Below are positions 1 through 8,548 of a stretch of 64,000 nucleotides of DNA, piece after piece. The position numbers and the translations under genes are program-made. The stretch covers positions 15,996-79,995 of IMG/VR virus record IMGVR_UViG_3300037041_001083. One strand, given 5' to 3'. Position 1 is the first letter of the stretch. Each line of letters opens with the position of its first letter. The DNA is from a virus. The notes below the pieces were generated by a model. The model searched no databases. It saw only the letters and a program-made list of their open reading frames with translations, and was not told the DNA's origin.

Positions 1-1
1 A

Positions 2-139
2 AAACGGAATATAGAGCGTGATGATACCAATTTTTGCTGGAAGTGTAAGAACTGCGATTCGACATTTGTGAAGCTTACGGATCGCTGTAAGGAGTGTCAT
101 TCGAGTAATTTTGTAAGAGTTTATATTGGCGACGAGTAA
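2..139 (+). CDS. 3' end of a zinc-ribbon protein (partial)
   Basis: Frame 2 is open from the window edge (KRNIERDDTNFCWKCKNCDS...RCKECHSS...DE*) and has two CxxC pairs. Not in the ORF track. Confidence 0.6.
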   Translation, partial: KRNIERDDTNFCWKCKNCDSTFVKLTDRCKECHSSNFVRVYIGDE

Positions 140-164
140 TTTTTTTTTTTTTTGAAAGGAGAAC

Positions 165-977
165 GTGAGTATGAATGAAGTTGTTGAATCCCCAGAGGCG
201 CAGGAATCACCGGAAGTTTTGACTGGTAGTGAAGTTGCAATACCAGCAGAGCAATTAGACGAGCATAAGGTAAACGAAATTTTGTTTGCTATGCCATTGC
301 ATGAGCTGGCGAAAAACCGAGCTACGATTGCAGAGTATGCACAAACCAATGAACTGACTTACGAGCAGAAGGAAATACTCGAAGCTTTTGATGCTGCTTT
401 AGCTGGCAGAGCCGATTTCCTCATCAGGAAAAAAATTGGCATGGAAGCCCAGCTTGCCGCAATGGTTGCATCCTGCGAGCTGGTAGAAGCTGCGATTGAA
501 AAGTTCGGCGAGTATTTAGAGTTCGCTACCGTGAACGCTGGCGGTTTAATCAAGGGTGACTTTTTCACCGCAGAAATGAAAAAACCCGGTGGTGCTGATC
601 CGCTAGAAGTCACGGACATATCGCTTGTTCCTGAATTTTACAAAAAACATTCCATCACTGTCAGGGAAACAATATCAGCAGACGACAAGGCTGGCTTGCG
701 TTACTGGCAAACGATTGTGTTAGGCCACGAGCCACCAGAGGATGAAAAACTGATGTCCAGTGCTGAAATAGCCAAGCTGGATAGTGCAATCAAAACGGAG
801 GTGATGAAAGACCCAATCAAGCAGATATTAAAGGCTGGCGGCACTGTAAAAGGTGTTGCGATAGTCGAACGTCCCAAAAAGTTAGTCATCAAAGAGATGA
901 AAAAAATTGAGAAAAAAGTGCGAGCAAAAAAAGCAACTGAAGCAATTACACAATCAACCGAACAAGAAGGGGAATAA
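165..977 (+). CDS. Siphovirus Gp157-like protein
   Basis: SD GAAAGGAG before a GTG start. Coiled-coil N-half, then LEVTDISLVPEFYKK and K..IK..LKAG..VKGV motifs typical of Gp157. Directly upstream of a recombinase. Confidence 0.6.
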   Translation: MSMNEVVESPEAQESPEVLTGSEVAIPAEQLDEHKVNEILFAMPLHELAKNRATIAEYAQTNELTYEQKEILEAFDAALAGRADFLIRKKIGMEAQLAAMVASCELVEAAIEKFGEYLEFATVNAGGLIKGDFFTAEMKKPGGADPLEVTDISLVPEFYKKHSITVRETISADDKAGLRYWQTIVLGHEPPEDEKLMSSAEIAKLDSAIKTEVMKDPIKQILKAGGTVKGVAIVERPKKLVIKEMKKIEKKVRAKKATEAITQSTEQEGE

Positions 978-979
978 TT

Positions 980-2161
980 ATGACAACCGCAATTACAACT
1001 TTACCAGCATTGGCAAGTCAATTAACCAACGATCACTTGCAATCATTGGTGATAGAAAACTCAAAACTCGCAATGGACATGAATTTTTTAGCCCTCCTGA
1101 GAGCAAGGAATCCTGAAGTACCAGCAGCTCAATTTGCCGACTTTGTTTACAAGGCGCAGTTGTTCGGAGCTGATCCAAGACGACAACAAATTTACTTGGT
1201 GAGTTACAAGTCAAAGCAGCGAAAAATGGTCAATGGCAGTTGGCAGGATAGCTGGGAGACACAAGCAAATGCCGTGTTCGCCTACCAGTTTTTTATTCAA
1301 GTTGCCTCGCAAACTGGCGAGCTTGAAGGCCACACCGTTGAAACCGTGAAAGGCAAGTATTTCAACCCATTCACCAGCGAAGAATTTGATGATTTGGTTT
1401 GCGTCGCTACTGTGTTCCGCAAAGGTCGTCGGGAAATTTCCTACACAGCCAGAATGAAGGAATTTGTTTCAATGCGCCCTGATAAGGCTGGCAATATAGT
1501 TCCAGTTGGTCAGTGGGCAACAAAACCGTATTTGATGCTGGAGAAGTGCGCCATTGCCAGTGCTTATCGGCTTGCATTTCCTGAATGGATGACAGGCATG
1601 TACATCAATGAGGAAATGTCAGGAGAGGATAGCCCTGTCGTTATTGATGTCGAAAGCACCATTGAACAAGCCAAACCACAGCCTCGCAAGCGTATAGCGA
1701 AGGAAGAAACCACAGCTTTGCCTCCTGTCGAAGTGCAACCCGAACCGCAACCAGCCCAACCTGAACCGAGCACAAGAGAGGTATTATCCGAAATTTTGTA
1801 TCCACCAGCCCAGCCAGCAACCCACTTGTCCGTAGTACCACCGGAACCAAGAGGCGTGGCGCAAACCGTAATCGCCCAGCCCGAACCCAAGCGAGCACCG
1901 CTACCACCTAAGCGCAATGTTGACCAGACACCAGTTTCCCAAGCATCGAAAAGCGCAATGTGGAAATTAGTCATGGTTGAAGTGAACGCAAAACGAATAA
2001 ACCCAGACGTAGCGATTGCCAAATTGACAGGCATACAAGGAGGCTTGAGCGAAGGTTTTTGTTTGGAGCTTACCAAAGCTGCAATGAACGGAGACTTCGG
2101 TTTTTTCATTGAAAAACCAGTGGAACCAGCAGCGGAAATAGATGATTTACCGCCATTTTGA
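980..2161 (+). CDS. bet: Bet/RecT-family single-strand annealing protein
   Basis: GADPRRQQIYLV, QWATKPYLMLEKCAIASAYRLAFP..GMYINEEM motifs, a Pro-rich linker and an SSB-like acidic tail (DDLPPF). Confidence 0.85.
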   Translation: MTTAITTLPALASQLTNDHLQSLVIENSKLAMDMNFLALLRARNPEVPAAQFADFVYKAQLFGADPRRQQIYLVSYKSKQRKMVNGSWQDSWETQANAVFAYQFFIQVASQTGELEGHTVETVKGKYFNPFTSEEFDDLVCVATVFRKGRREISYTARMKEFVSMRPDKAGNIVPVGQWATKPYLMLEKCAIASAYRLAFPEWMTGMYINEEMSGEDSPVVIDVESTIEQAKPQPRKRIAKEETTALPPVEVQPEPQPAQPEPSTREVLSEILYPPAQPATHLSVVPPEPRGVAQTVIAQPEPKRAPLPPKRNVDQTPVSQASKSAMWKLVMVEVNAKRINPDVAIAKLTGIQGGLSEGFCLELTKAAMNGDFGFFIEKPVEPAAEIDDLPPF

Positions 2162-2480
2162 GGTGTGCGTGAAGACTGTCGATGAACTCACGAAGGACGG
2201 GCTTGCTGAAATAGGCAAGCTTTCCTTGGATACCATGATGGATAATTTCAAGAAAGCTTTAATCGAACAGGCTTACCACGATGCCAAATTGAACGTGACT
2301 ATGGCTGCAAGGATTCTGGAAATAAAACGCACTACGCTCCTCGCAATGCTGTATCGCTACGGGCTTTATGTTGAGGAGGAAAAAACTAAAAATGTGTTTT
2401 GTCCTAAGTGTGGCCAGTGGTTTGTTACTGGTAGAAAGGCAACTACTATTCCTGCTCATAACTGTGTGAGGTTCAAATGA
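2142..2480 (+). CDS. Fis-type HTH protein with C-terminal Cys/His zinc ribbon
   Basis: LIEQAY...NVTMAARILEIKRTTL is a Fis/HTH_8 pattern, followed by CPKC...HNC. The true start may be slightly downstream. Confidence 0.7.
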   Translation: MIYRHFEVCVKTVDELTKDGLAEIGKLSLDTMMDNFKKALIEQAYHDAKLNVTMAARILEIKRTTLLAMLYRYGLYVEEEKTKNVFCPKCGQWFVTGRKATTIPAHNCVRFK

Positions 2481-2584
2481 AATGTGAGGAATGCGGAGGA
2501 TCGCTTGATTTAGAATCAGACGACCCTTGTATATGCGAATCAAGTAAGGAATTAATGAAACAACTAGGCTGGGATGAGGATTAA
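2477..2584 (+). CDS. Small Cys-rich protein (35 aa)
   Basis: ATGA overlap with the upstream stop; MKCEECGGSLDLESDDPCICESSKELMKQLGWDED*. Its stop overlaps the convergent stop at 2581-2583. Confidence 0.55.
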   Translation: MKCEECGGSLDLESDDPCICESSKELMKQLGWDED

Positions 2585-3096
2585 ACAGCTGCTACTGGTA
2601 CTTTTTTTGCTAAGACCTTGCTTATAACCATCATTACGAATGGCAACACGGTCAATAACATAGCAACACCTTCCTCGATTGTTTTTTCAACAGAGTCAGC
2701 CTTGATGTCAAATTTTTCCTCAAACAATTTCGCAACTCTTTCCTGCTCAACAGTATCCATATTGTCAATTTCAGGCTTGATTTGGTCAAACTTGCAATCC
2801 TTGACTTTGAACAAGTCGATTGCCGCAGTTTGAACGGCTGGAATATCATCAACTCCGGGGCCATTGTCGATCAGAGCTGCAACAGCGGTAGTCAATGAAG
2901 CTACGCCGCAAATCATTATTTCAATGTTCTCTATTCCGATATTTTCCATAACTAATCCCCTTTTTGCTGGTATGAATTTCAGGCAACTTCGCACTATGCG
3001 AAAGATGCCAAATAAAACGACCAATCTTCGTTTCCACAGTACAATGAAAACCAGTAGCGAGCCAAGCAATGCATCAAACCAGTTTTCTTGTGCCAT
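2581..3096 (-). CDS. Membrane protein downstream of endolysin (holin candidate)
   Basis: TAATG coupling to the endolysin stop. Hydrophobic N- and C-terminal segments. A second in-frame ATG at 2949 has an SD (AAGGGG). Confidence 0.45.
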   Translation of the reverse strand: MAQENWFDALLGSLLVFIVLWKRRLVVLFGIFRIVRSCLKFIPAKRGLVMENIGIENIEIMICGVASLTTAVAALIDNGPGVDDIPAVQTAAIDLFKVKDCKFDQIKPEIDNMDTVEQERVAKLFEEKFDIKADSVEKTIEEGVAMLLTVLPFVMMVISKVLAKKVPVAAV

Positions 3097-4433
3097 TAAA
3101 ACACCTTCAAAAATCCGACAATTTTCATGTCGCCATCAGCGTCAATACTTCGTGTCCTTGCAAACACTCCGTTACCCTCACGATTAACTCCAGTATCATT
3201 GTCCGTGTTGCCTTCGATGGTAAGCATTTTCCCCAGAACATTGATACTCGTTACAAATCCAGTATGCCCATTTTCACTCGTTCCATGCTGCCAAATTACA
3301 ATACATCCCGGAACTGGCCCTATGAGCCTCATTGAAGCTGGAGAGTTTCGCCAAGTTGTTAAGCAATGCTCGGAATGGAAAATATTTGATTTGATGTCCA
3401 AAGTTTTTTCAACTTGCATCACGCAGAACTGAACAAATGCCATGCACCAAGGCTCACCGCCTGCTACGCCATCAACAGCCTTTTGAAACATCTCAACTTC
3501 TTTGCCGTGATTATTCCCTCCTGCCTCGTGAACTCCAATCCACTTGGTCGCTTCCTCCACGAGTTTTAAGTTAGGGTTTTTCAACTCTGGCTTAGGAGTT
3601 GGCTTAGGAGCAGCAGGATAAATAGGAGGTCGCTTGTCCATTGATTTGCCAATGAGTTTAGCTCTGCTACAACCATTCCTTAACGCTCGTGTAAACAAGT
3701 CATCAAGGTTCAAATCCCTGTCAAACCAAAAAACAACCTTGCCAGCGGCATTGAGCGCACGGCAATCTCCAAGCTCATTTGAATTAACCGCAATGTTTAC
3801 CACCGTGAGGTCTGTTGGAATATCAGGATTGGCAGGCGGCAGGCTATTGTCAGGCTTTACAGTATCGTCAATTATTTCTCCCATTTCAATAAGTGTTTTC
3901 AGCATGGCAACACAACCACATCGTTTGCTTATTGCGTCAGGGTCGAAAACCCCGTCACTTACATATTTTCCTTTTGTTTGGACAGTAGTAGAAGCCCATA
4001 CATAAGGTGAATTTAAACCTTTGCGGTCATAGCCCATGCCATTGTATTTAGTCCATAAATACAAAATACGGAGAATGCTCCAATCGGTATTCTCTGATAA
4101 TTTGTCATACGATAAAGCATCAATAGCCGACTCTTCCCAAGTAAAAGGAGGCTCGCCTGTTTTGGGTCTTCCTGCTGGTACTTGGATTGTTCTGGCGGAA
4201 AGTGAATCACCATTATGAAGGTGCGTTTTCCAATTACAGTCTGATTCCATTTGATGTATTATTGATATAACAAACCAAGGAACCCCTGTTGCCTTTGATA
4301 CTGATTCATATTTAGATTTATTAGCTAACTGTGCTTTTACTAGCTTTAAAGCAGATTCTTTTTTTTCTGGGACTATTTCAGCTTTGTTCCATAAACCCAA
4401 TAGTTTCATTTTCATTTCTTCAAAGTTGTACAT
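3096..4433 (-). CDS. Endolysin: lysozyme-family N-domain plus C-terminal CHAP domain
   Basis: N-domain: IHQMES...HLHNGD...VPAGRP...TWEESAIDAL...YNGMGY...SPYVW...GKYVSDG. C-domain: PWCMAFV...GHTGFV...TIEGNT (CHAP Cys/His). Confidence 0.85.
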   Translation of the reverse strand: MYNFEEMKMKLLGLWNKAEIVPEKKESALKLVKAQLANKSKYESVSKATGVPWFVISIIHQMESDCNWKTHLHNGDSLSARTIQVPAGRPKTGEPPFTWEESAIDALSYDKLSENTDWSILRILYLWTKYNGMGYDRKGLNSPYVWASTTVQTKGKYVSDGVFDPDAISKRCGCVAMLKTLIEMGEIIDDTVKPDNSLPPANPDIPTDLTVVNIAVNSNELGDCRALNAAGKVVFWFDRDLNLDDLFTRALRNGCSRAKLIGKSMDKRPPIYPAAPKPTPKPELKNPNLKLVEEATKWIGVHEAGGNNHGKEVEMFQKAVDGVAGGEPWCMAFVQFCVMQVEKTLDIKSNIFHSEHCLTTWRNSPASMRLIGPVPGCIVIWQHGTSENGHTGFVTSINVLGKMLTIEGNTDNDTGVNREGNGVFARTRSIDADGDMKIVGFLKVF

Positions 4434-4644
4434 TATTATTTTCTCCTAATTTATAAGTTACCACATTAATCTTTTTAAGATTAATAAGATGCCACAAGCT
4501 CATATATGTTATACCTAATTCCCTTGCTAATTCGGAAATAGTAAATGTCTTGCTTTTGTAAATTACCCGTACACAAGGTTTTCTATTATTCTGCTGCTCT
4601 TTGCTTGTTTGTCGCCTTAAACCACTTTTCGACAAGTATTTCAT
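4420..4644 (-). CDS. Small HTH DNA-binding protein
   Basis: TFTISELARELGITYMSLWHLI helix-turn-helix; SD AGGAG upstream. Confidence 0.55.
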   Translation of the reverse strand: MKYLSKSGLRRQTSKEQQNNRKPCVRVIYKSKTFTISELARELGITYMSLWHLINLKKINVVTYKLGENNNVQL

Positions 4645-4663
4645 TCATAAGAACTCCTGCTGG

Positions 4664-5221
4664 TTATAAATCAATGACGGTAATTCCTCTTGGTATGTTT
4701 ACCAGTACCTTATCCTTGACCTTTTTCATCAATACTTTTGTAGTATGGCTGTGTCCATACACAATGATTTTTTTACCCCATCTGTTAAGTAGAGCAGTTC
4801 CTTGTTCTACTTCAACTTTATTTATTCTCTGTTTCCACAAGTGCCTAGCCCAGTTAATCATGCTTTTAAAACAGCCGTAGCCTTGGAATTTTTGCATGTT
4901 CCTAAATGCCATAGCCTTTTCTTCAGTCCAGCAAACAATGTCGCCATGAGTTAAAATGATATATCCCTCAAGTTCAATAAAAGGCTCAACTGGCTCTCCA
5001 TCGTGATTGCCTTTTATGTAACGCCTACCGTATGCCTTGCATAGCGCATTGTAATAATTTAAACATCTTTCTTTGTCCCTTTGGTCGCAGCCTTTCAAGT
5101 CAACGATGTCACCCAATAACCAAATGTTTTCCCGTTCAATTACTGCTGGGTCGAGAGGAATATCAATATCCAATGCATGAGGAGCGAACTTGTGAGTATC
5201 AGCAATCAGTGTGAATATCAT
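4664..5221 (-). CDS. Calcineurin-like metallophosphoesterase (LpxH-like)
   Basis: All five metallophos motifs are present: DTH, GDIVD, GNHD, HGD, GHSH. Confidence 0.8.
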   Translation of the reverse strand: MIFTLIADTHKFAPHALDIDIPLDPAVIERENIWLLGDIVDLKGCDQRDKERCLNYYNALCKAYGRRYIKGNHDGEPVEPFIELEGYIILTHGDIVCWTEEKAMAFRNMQKFQGYGCFKSMINWARHLWKQRINKVEVEQGTALLNRWGKKIIVYGHSHTTKVLMKKVKDKVLVNIPRGITVIDL

Positions 5222-5442
5222 TTTGTTTTATCCTTTTTCATTGCGTCAAATTCGGCATCGAGCTTTGCTTTTGCGTCCATGCAACGCTCACCCCATGTAG
5301 TTGCAGATAAAATCAAACCAGCTAATGAGCTTACATTTGCTGACAACTCAGCCCTTTGTTTTGCTAATTCTGCCTTGTCCTTTATTTTGGAGCCAAGCCA
5401 CAAATCCAATATTTTTGCAAAAATAGTTAATAATATTGACAT
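5218..5442 (-). CDS. Small membrane-anchored coiled-coil protein (spanin-like candidate)
   Basis: Likely start is the ATG at 5442 (GGGAGG SD, TGATG coupling). Hydrophobic N-terminus followed by a helical coil. Confidence 0.45.
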   Translation of the reverse strand: MSILLTIFAKILDLWLGSKIKDKAELAKQRAELSANVSSLAGLILSATTWGERCMDAKAKLDAEFDAMKKDKTK

Positions 5443-5543
5443 CACGGCCTCCCTATTTGGGTGAGTATTATGTAACCAAATGCAGCACAAAGAAGAATAA
5501 AAACTACCACTCCCAAAAATTCTAAAATGCTTTTCCAAATCAT
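5442..5543 (-). CDS. 33-aa single-TM peptide
   Basis: SD AAGGGAG then ATG; MIWKSILEFLGVVVFILLCAAFGYIILTQIGRP*; TGA overlaps the next ATG. Not in the ORF track. Confidence 0.6.
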   Translation of the reverse strand: MIWKSILEFLGVVVFILLCAAFGYIILTQIGRP

Positions 5544-5554
5544 ACTTAACTCCC

Positions 5555-5737
5555 TTAGCGTTTGAAACTATCAAAATAGTTATAAATATCTACAATAATG
5601 TACGGAAACCACAGAAATATAGTCTTTAATACTGCATACGGACTATAATTGGTGTCCAGTCCTGTCTTTTGTCTTGTATAAACGCTTAGTCCAAATAACA
5701 ATCCAATAACTAAATAGATTACTATGCCGATAATCAT
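5555..5737 (-). CDS. Small membrane protein
   Basis: 60 aa with two hydrophobic segments; ATGA coupled. Confidence 0.6.
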   Translation of the reverse strand: MIIGIVIYLVIGLLFGLSVYTRQKTGLDTNYSPYAVLKTIFLWFPYIIVDIYNYFDSFKR

Positions 5738-5937
5738 TCTTTCTCCTCAATTCCATCAGTAATCTTTTCTTTTATTTGACTATATGCAACATACGGCCAT
5801 ACCAAACTTCCGATTGTAGCAAGAGCAATGCATTCTCCTCGTGTCATTACTTTGCTGGTGTACGAGTAGCACTGATAAATGCCAGTAGACTCATAGCCAG
5901 CAAGGCCTGCTAAATATAGATACAAAATTGCAATCAT
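5734..5937 (-). CDS. Small membrane protein
   Basis: 67 aa with hydrophobic segments; its LVWPY motif resembles FLWFPY in the neighbour. Confidence 0.55.
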   Translation of the reverse strand: MIAILYLYLAGLAGYESTGIYQCYSYTSKVMTRGECIALATIGSLVWPYVAYSQIKEKITDGIEEKE

Positions 5938-5999
5938 TTACTTCTTCTCCAATGGCTTTAAAGGTTAATGTAGGTCAAAATACGTTATCGCTTTATAGT

Positions 6000-6665
6000 T
6001 CACTTTTCGATGGGCCGCAAACCCCTACAATAATGGCGATGATACTTGCCTGACTTCAAACCACGAAATATGTAGCCACACTCATTCTTAGTCATATTAT
6101 ATGTGCAAATGGCATCCTTGCACTCGATTTTATTGCACCCGTCAAAATCTTTACCCAGCACTGGCTCATCAAATACCATGCGTGTGATGTCGTTCGTAGC
6201 TACCTGACACATGCTTGCTCCACCTGTGCGTAATGACGTTCTGTTGCAAGTTACCCATGCTGGTAATATCACCTCCTCACCGTAAAAGTCGATTATGCCA
6301 AGCTGTAAAGGCACTCCCAATGCTGCTACGCCAATGGTAACAAGACAGGGTTTTTCCGTGTCCTCGATGAAGTGAATAGGCTCATAAACATAGGTAATTG
6401 TACCAGTGGGATTCTCGAACGTGGGATGGCCCGCACATGTCGAAATCACGGCATATTCAGTATTTTTCGGCACATCAAATTTTATCGTGTGCGCTTTCTT
6501 GCGTGGTATTGCCGCAACTCCCTTGAAGTTAAGGCCATCGACATTGAATTTCAGCGTTGCCTCGTTTGAAAACAACTTGTCTGAGGTTGTTGGTGGTAGG
6601 AGCGGTGTCGTAGCACAACCTGTAAAAAATACTAAAAAAACAAAAATTAGTATAAGTGACTTCAT
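6000..6665 (-). CDS. Cys-rich lipoprotein
   Basis: MKSLILIFVFLVFFTG-C lipobox-like signal, many cysteines, SD GAGG. Confidence 0.7.
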   Translation of the reverse strand: MKSLILIFVFLVFFTGCATTPLLPPTTSDKLFSNEATLKFNVDGLNFKGVAAIPRKKAHTIKFDVPKNTEYAVISTCAGHPTFENPTGTITYVYEPIHFIEDTEKPCLVTIGVAALGVPLQLGIIDFYGEEVILPAWVTCNRTSLRTGGASMCQVATNDITRMVFDEPVLGKDFDGCNKIECKDAICTYNMTKNECGYIFRGLKSGKYHRHYCRGLRPIEK

Positions 6666-6674
6666 AACTACCTC

Positions 6675-7496
6675 TTATTTTTTATCAGCCTTGGTAACAA
6701 CGTGAAAGCCACAAAAAAACTTGTTGCAGTATGAGGGTACAGGGAGGTAAACCCAGCCTTTATCCCCATAGTCACTACCCCATGAGTTTTTGATGATAAG
6801 ATAGCGTCCTTTGCTGGTATCGAAGTAGCCTGATACTTTTATCGCATGTCCACCCTGCGCCCTGCCTATGGTGCTTAAAATACCGTTCTGTGGATTGCTC
6901 CAACTGGTATTCGTGGTCGCTGATAGGACGACAGCATTTTTTGCCCTCAATGCAGCATAAACTTCTTCGAGCGTAGTCACTTCAACATAGCTGGTTATTT
7001 TACCCAATGGTTTTATCGTGGAAACGGATTTTGCTTTGGCATACGGCCATATTGTCTCTGAGGTAATCCAGTATTTTTGTGCAGCACTCAATGCTTTAGT
7101 CGTGTAGTATTGTTTGTAATTACTCCACAAGTGCCGTTCGCTCAGGTCGTAAACTGTGCCAGCCTGTTTAATCAAAAACTCCACAGAGGCAACAGTCGCA
7201 AATGCGGTACATAGCCCTTCACTCCCTTGGTCTTTTACTGGAGTATCAGAACTTCTCAGGTCAACAGTTTCAGGTGCTACGCCCTGCATTTTTCCTGCAT
7301 CCTTAACCCTTTTCATGCCAGTGAACAATATCTTTGTGTCCTTTGTGCTTAGGACTGGACGAGGTTTGTAAGTGAGATTTTTTTGTTTGCCTGTTTCAAT
7401 CTCCGCAACAATTTGCGACAGTGGAAGCGCAAACGCCCAACCTCCACATGCACAAAACATAAACAATGCACACAACAGTACCAAAAACTTTTTCAT
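6675..7496 (-). CDS. Exported papain-family (C1A) cysteine protease
   Basis: Signal peptide; VDLR...VKDQGSEGLCTAFA (Q, catalytic C), GGHAI (H), IKNSWG (N). Confidence 0.9.
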   Translation of the reverse strand: MKKFLVLLCALFMFCACGGWAFALPLSQIVAEIETGKQKNLTYKPRPVLSTKDTKILFTGMKRVKDAGKMQGVAPETVDLRSSDTPVKDQGSEGLCTAFATVASVEFLIKQAGTVYDLSERHLWSNYKQYYTTKALSAAQKYWITSETIWPYAKAKSVSTIKPLGKITSYVEVTTLEEVYAALRAKNAVVLSATTNTSWSNPQNGILSTIGRAQGGHAIKVSGYFDTSKGRYLIIKNSWGSDYGDKGWVYLPVPSYCNKFFCGFHVVTKADKK

Positions 7497-7505
7497 AAAA
7501 TCCCC

Positions 7506-7688
7506 CTAGCTTAAAAGTTGTTCCTTAGTTTCTTCTTTATTCTTTCGCCGTTGCCGTTTTTTATTAATGTTCCAAAAATCAGGAGAAAAGCACCTATCCA
7601 TTCTACAAATCCAGCCCTTACCTCCTCGCTGCCCATATGGACGTAATTTCCTTTTTCTCCTTTTATTGCAATTATCGCATTGACTCAT
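7506..7688 (-). CDS. Small basic Cys-containing protein
   Basis: 60 aa, CxxC...CxxxxC, K/R-rich, GGAGG upstream. Confidence 0.5.
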   Translation of the reverse strand: MSQCDNCNKRRKRKLRPYGQRGGKGWICRMDRCFSPDFWNINKKRQRRKNKEETKEQLLS

Positions 7689-7705
7689 TGCATAAAATCC
7701 TCCAT

Positions 7706-7736
7706 AAAAAAAAGGCCCATCGCATAGCGGTGAGCA
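7706..7736 (-). terminator. Probable intrinsic terminator
   Basis: GCTCACCGC-TAT-GCGATGGGC imperfect stem followed by T8 on the minus strand. Confidence 0.55.
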
Positions 7737-7782
7737 GATTTCCTTCTACCGCAAGGTAGATGAACAAATATCGCAACAGGAA

Positions 7783-8187
7783 TCAAATACTGTCCAGCGT
7801 CGCTTCGCTAACATCTCCGTCAACCAACTCATTAAAGGCCACCATCACGAGTAAATGTAATTTACACTGAATCATGCGTTCACGAAGGAATGTAATCGTC
7901 TCAGGCTTGAAATTAACCTTTTTGGTTTCCTTGGCCTTGTCAAGCTTGGTAAATATCACATGCAACTTTTTGTTGAAATCCAATGTCTTGGGGTCAGCCT
8001 CAAGCTGGTTCATTACTGCAAACCGGACAAAGTGAAACAGTGGCAATGGTTTGGTTTGAGGTAGTCCATTTTCTAGGATTATTTCCCCGTCCTTACCTTT
8101 TAGATAAATAGGATTGCCATACTGGTCTCTCTCGATAATAGGATTACCATTCTCGTCATTCACAGGATTGGATAAATTTAGCTCCAT
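7783..8187 (-). CDS. Hypothetical tail-fibre-associated protein
   Basis: Lies after the fibre genes; SD GAGGAG. Confidence 0.5.
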   Translation of the reverse strand: MELNLSNPVNDENGNPIIERDQYGNPIYLKGKDGEIILENGLPQTKPLPLFHFVRFAVMNQLEADPKTLDFNKKLHVIFTKLDKAKETKKVNFKPETITFLRERMIQCKLHLLVMVAFNELVDGDVSEATLDSI

Positions 8188-8247
8188 GTCTTACTCCTCT
8201 TACGAACTAACATTGTTAAACAAGCCCAAATCATATTTGATGTTTTC

Positions 8248-8538
8248 CTATGCGTCAATCGCATCAACAAATTCTGGCATAGTTTTTACTTTTCCATAAG
8301 CAACAGCTACAGGATTTAATATGATGTTAGCTAACTCGTCAAACGGGCTATCGCCGCCACACCAAGAAAAGGATATACTTTTGACAGAAGTTTTACCAGC
8401 AATTCGAGAAGCTTGGTCTTTATAGACAGAAATAGTACACGAACAAGTATTACATAATACATCTACACTAACCGATTCTATTCTCCAGTATTCTACCGTT
8501 AAGCCGCTCGGTAATTCTATTGCTTTTAATAGTGCCAT
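8248..8538 (-). CDS. Small tail-fibre-associated protein
   Basis: MALLKAIELPSG...YWRI...AYGKVKTMPEFVDAIDA resembles small proteins that follow S74-type fibres; SD AGGAG. Confidence 0.55.
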   Translation of the reverse strand: MALLKAIELPSGLTVEYWRIESVSVDVLCNTCSCTISVYKDQASRIAGKTSVKSISFSWCGGDSPFDELANIILNPVAVAYGKVKTMPEFVDAIDA

Positions 8539-8548
8539 TTCAATTCTC

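Noticed and set aside
5443-5574. N-terminal 44 aa of ORF 5218..5574
   Set aside because: Better explained by a separate 33-aa membrane ORF in another frame and a downstream ATG with an SD.
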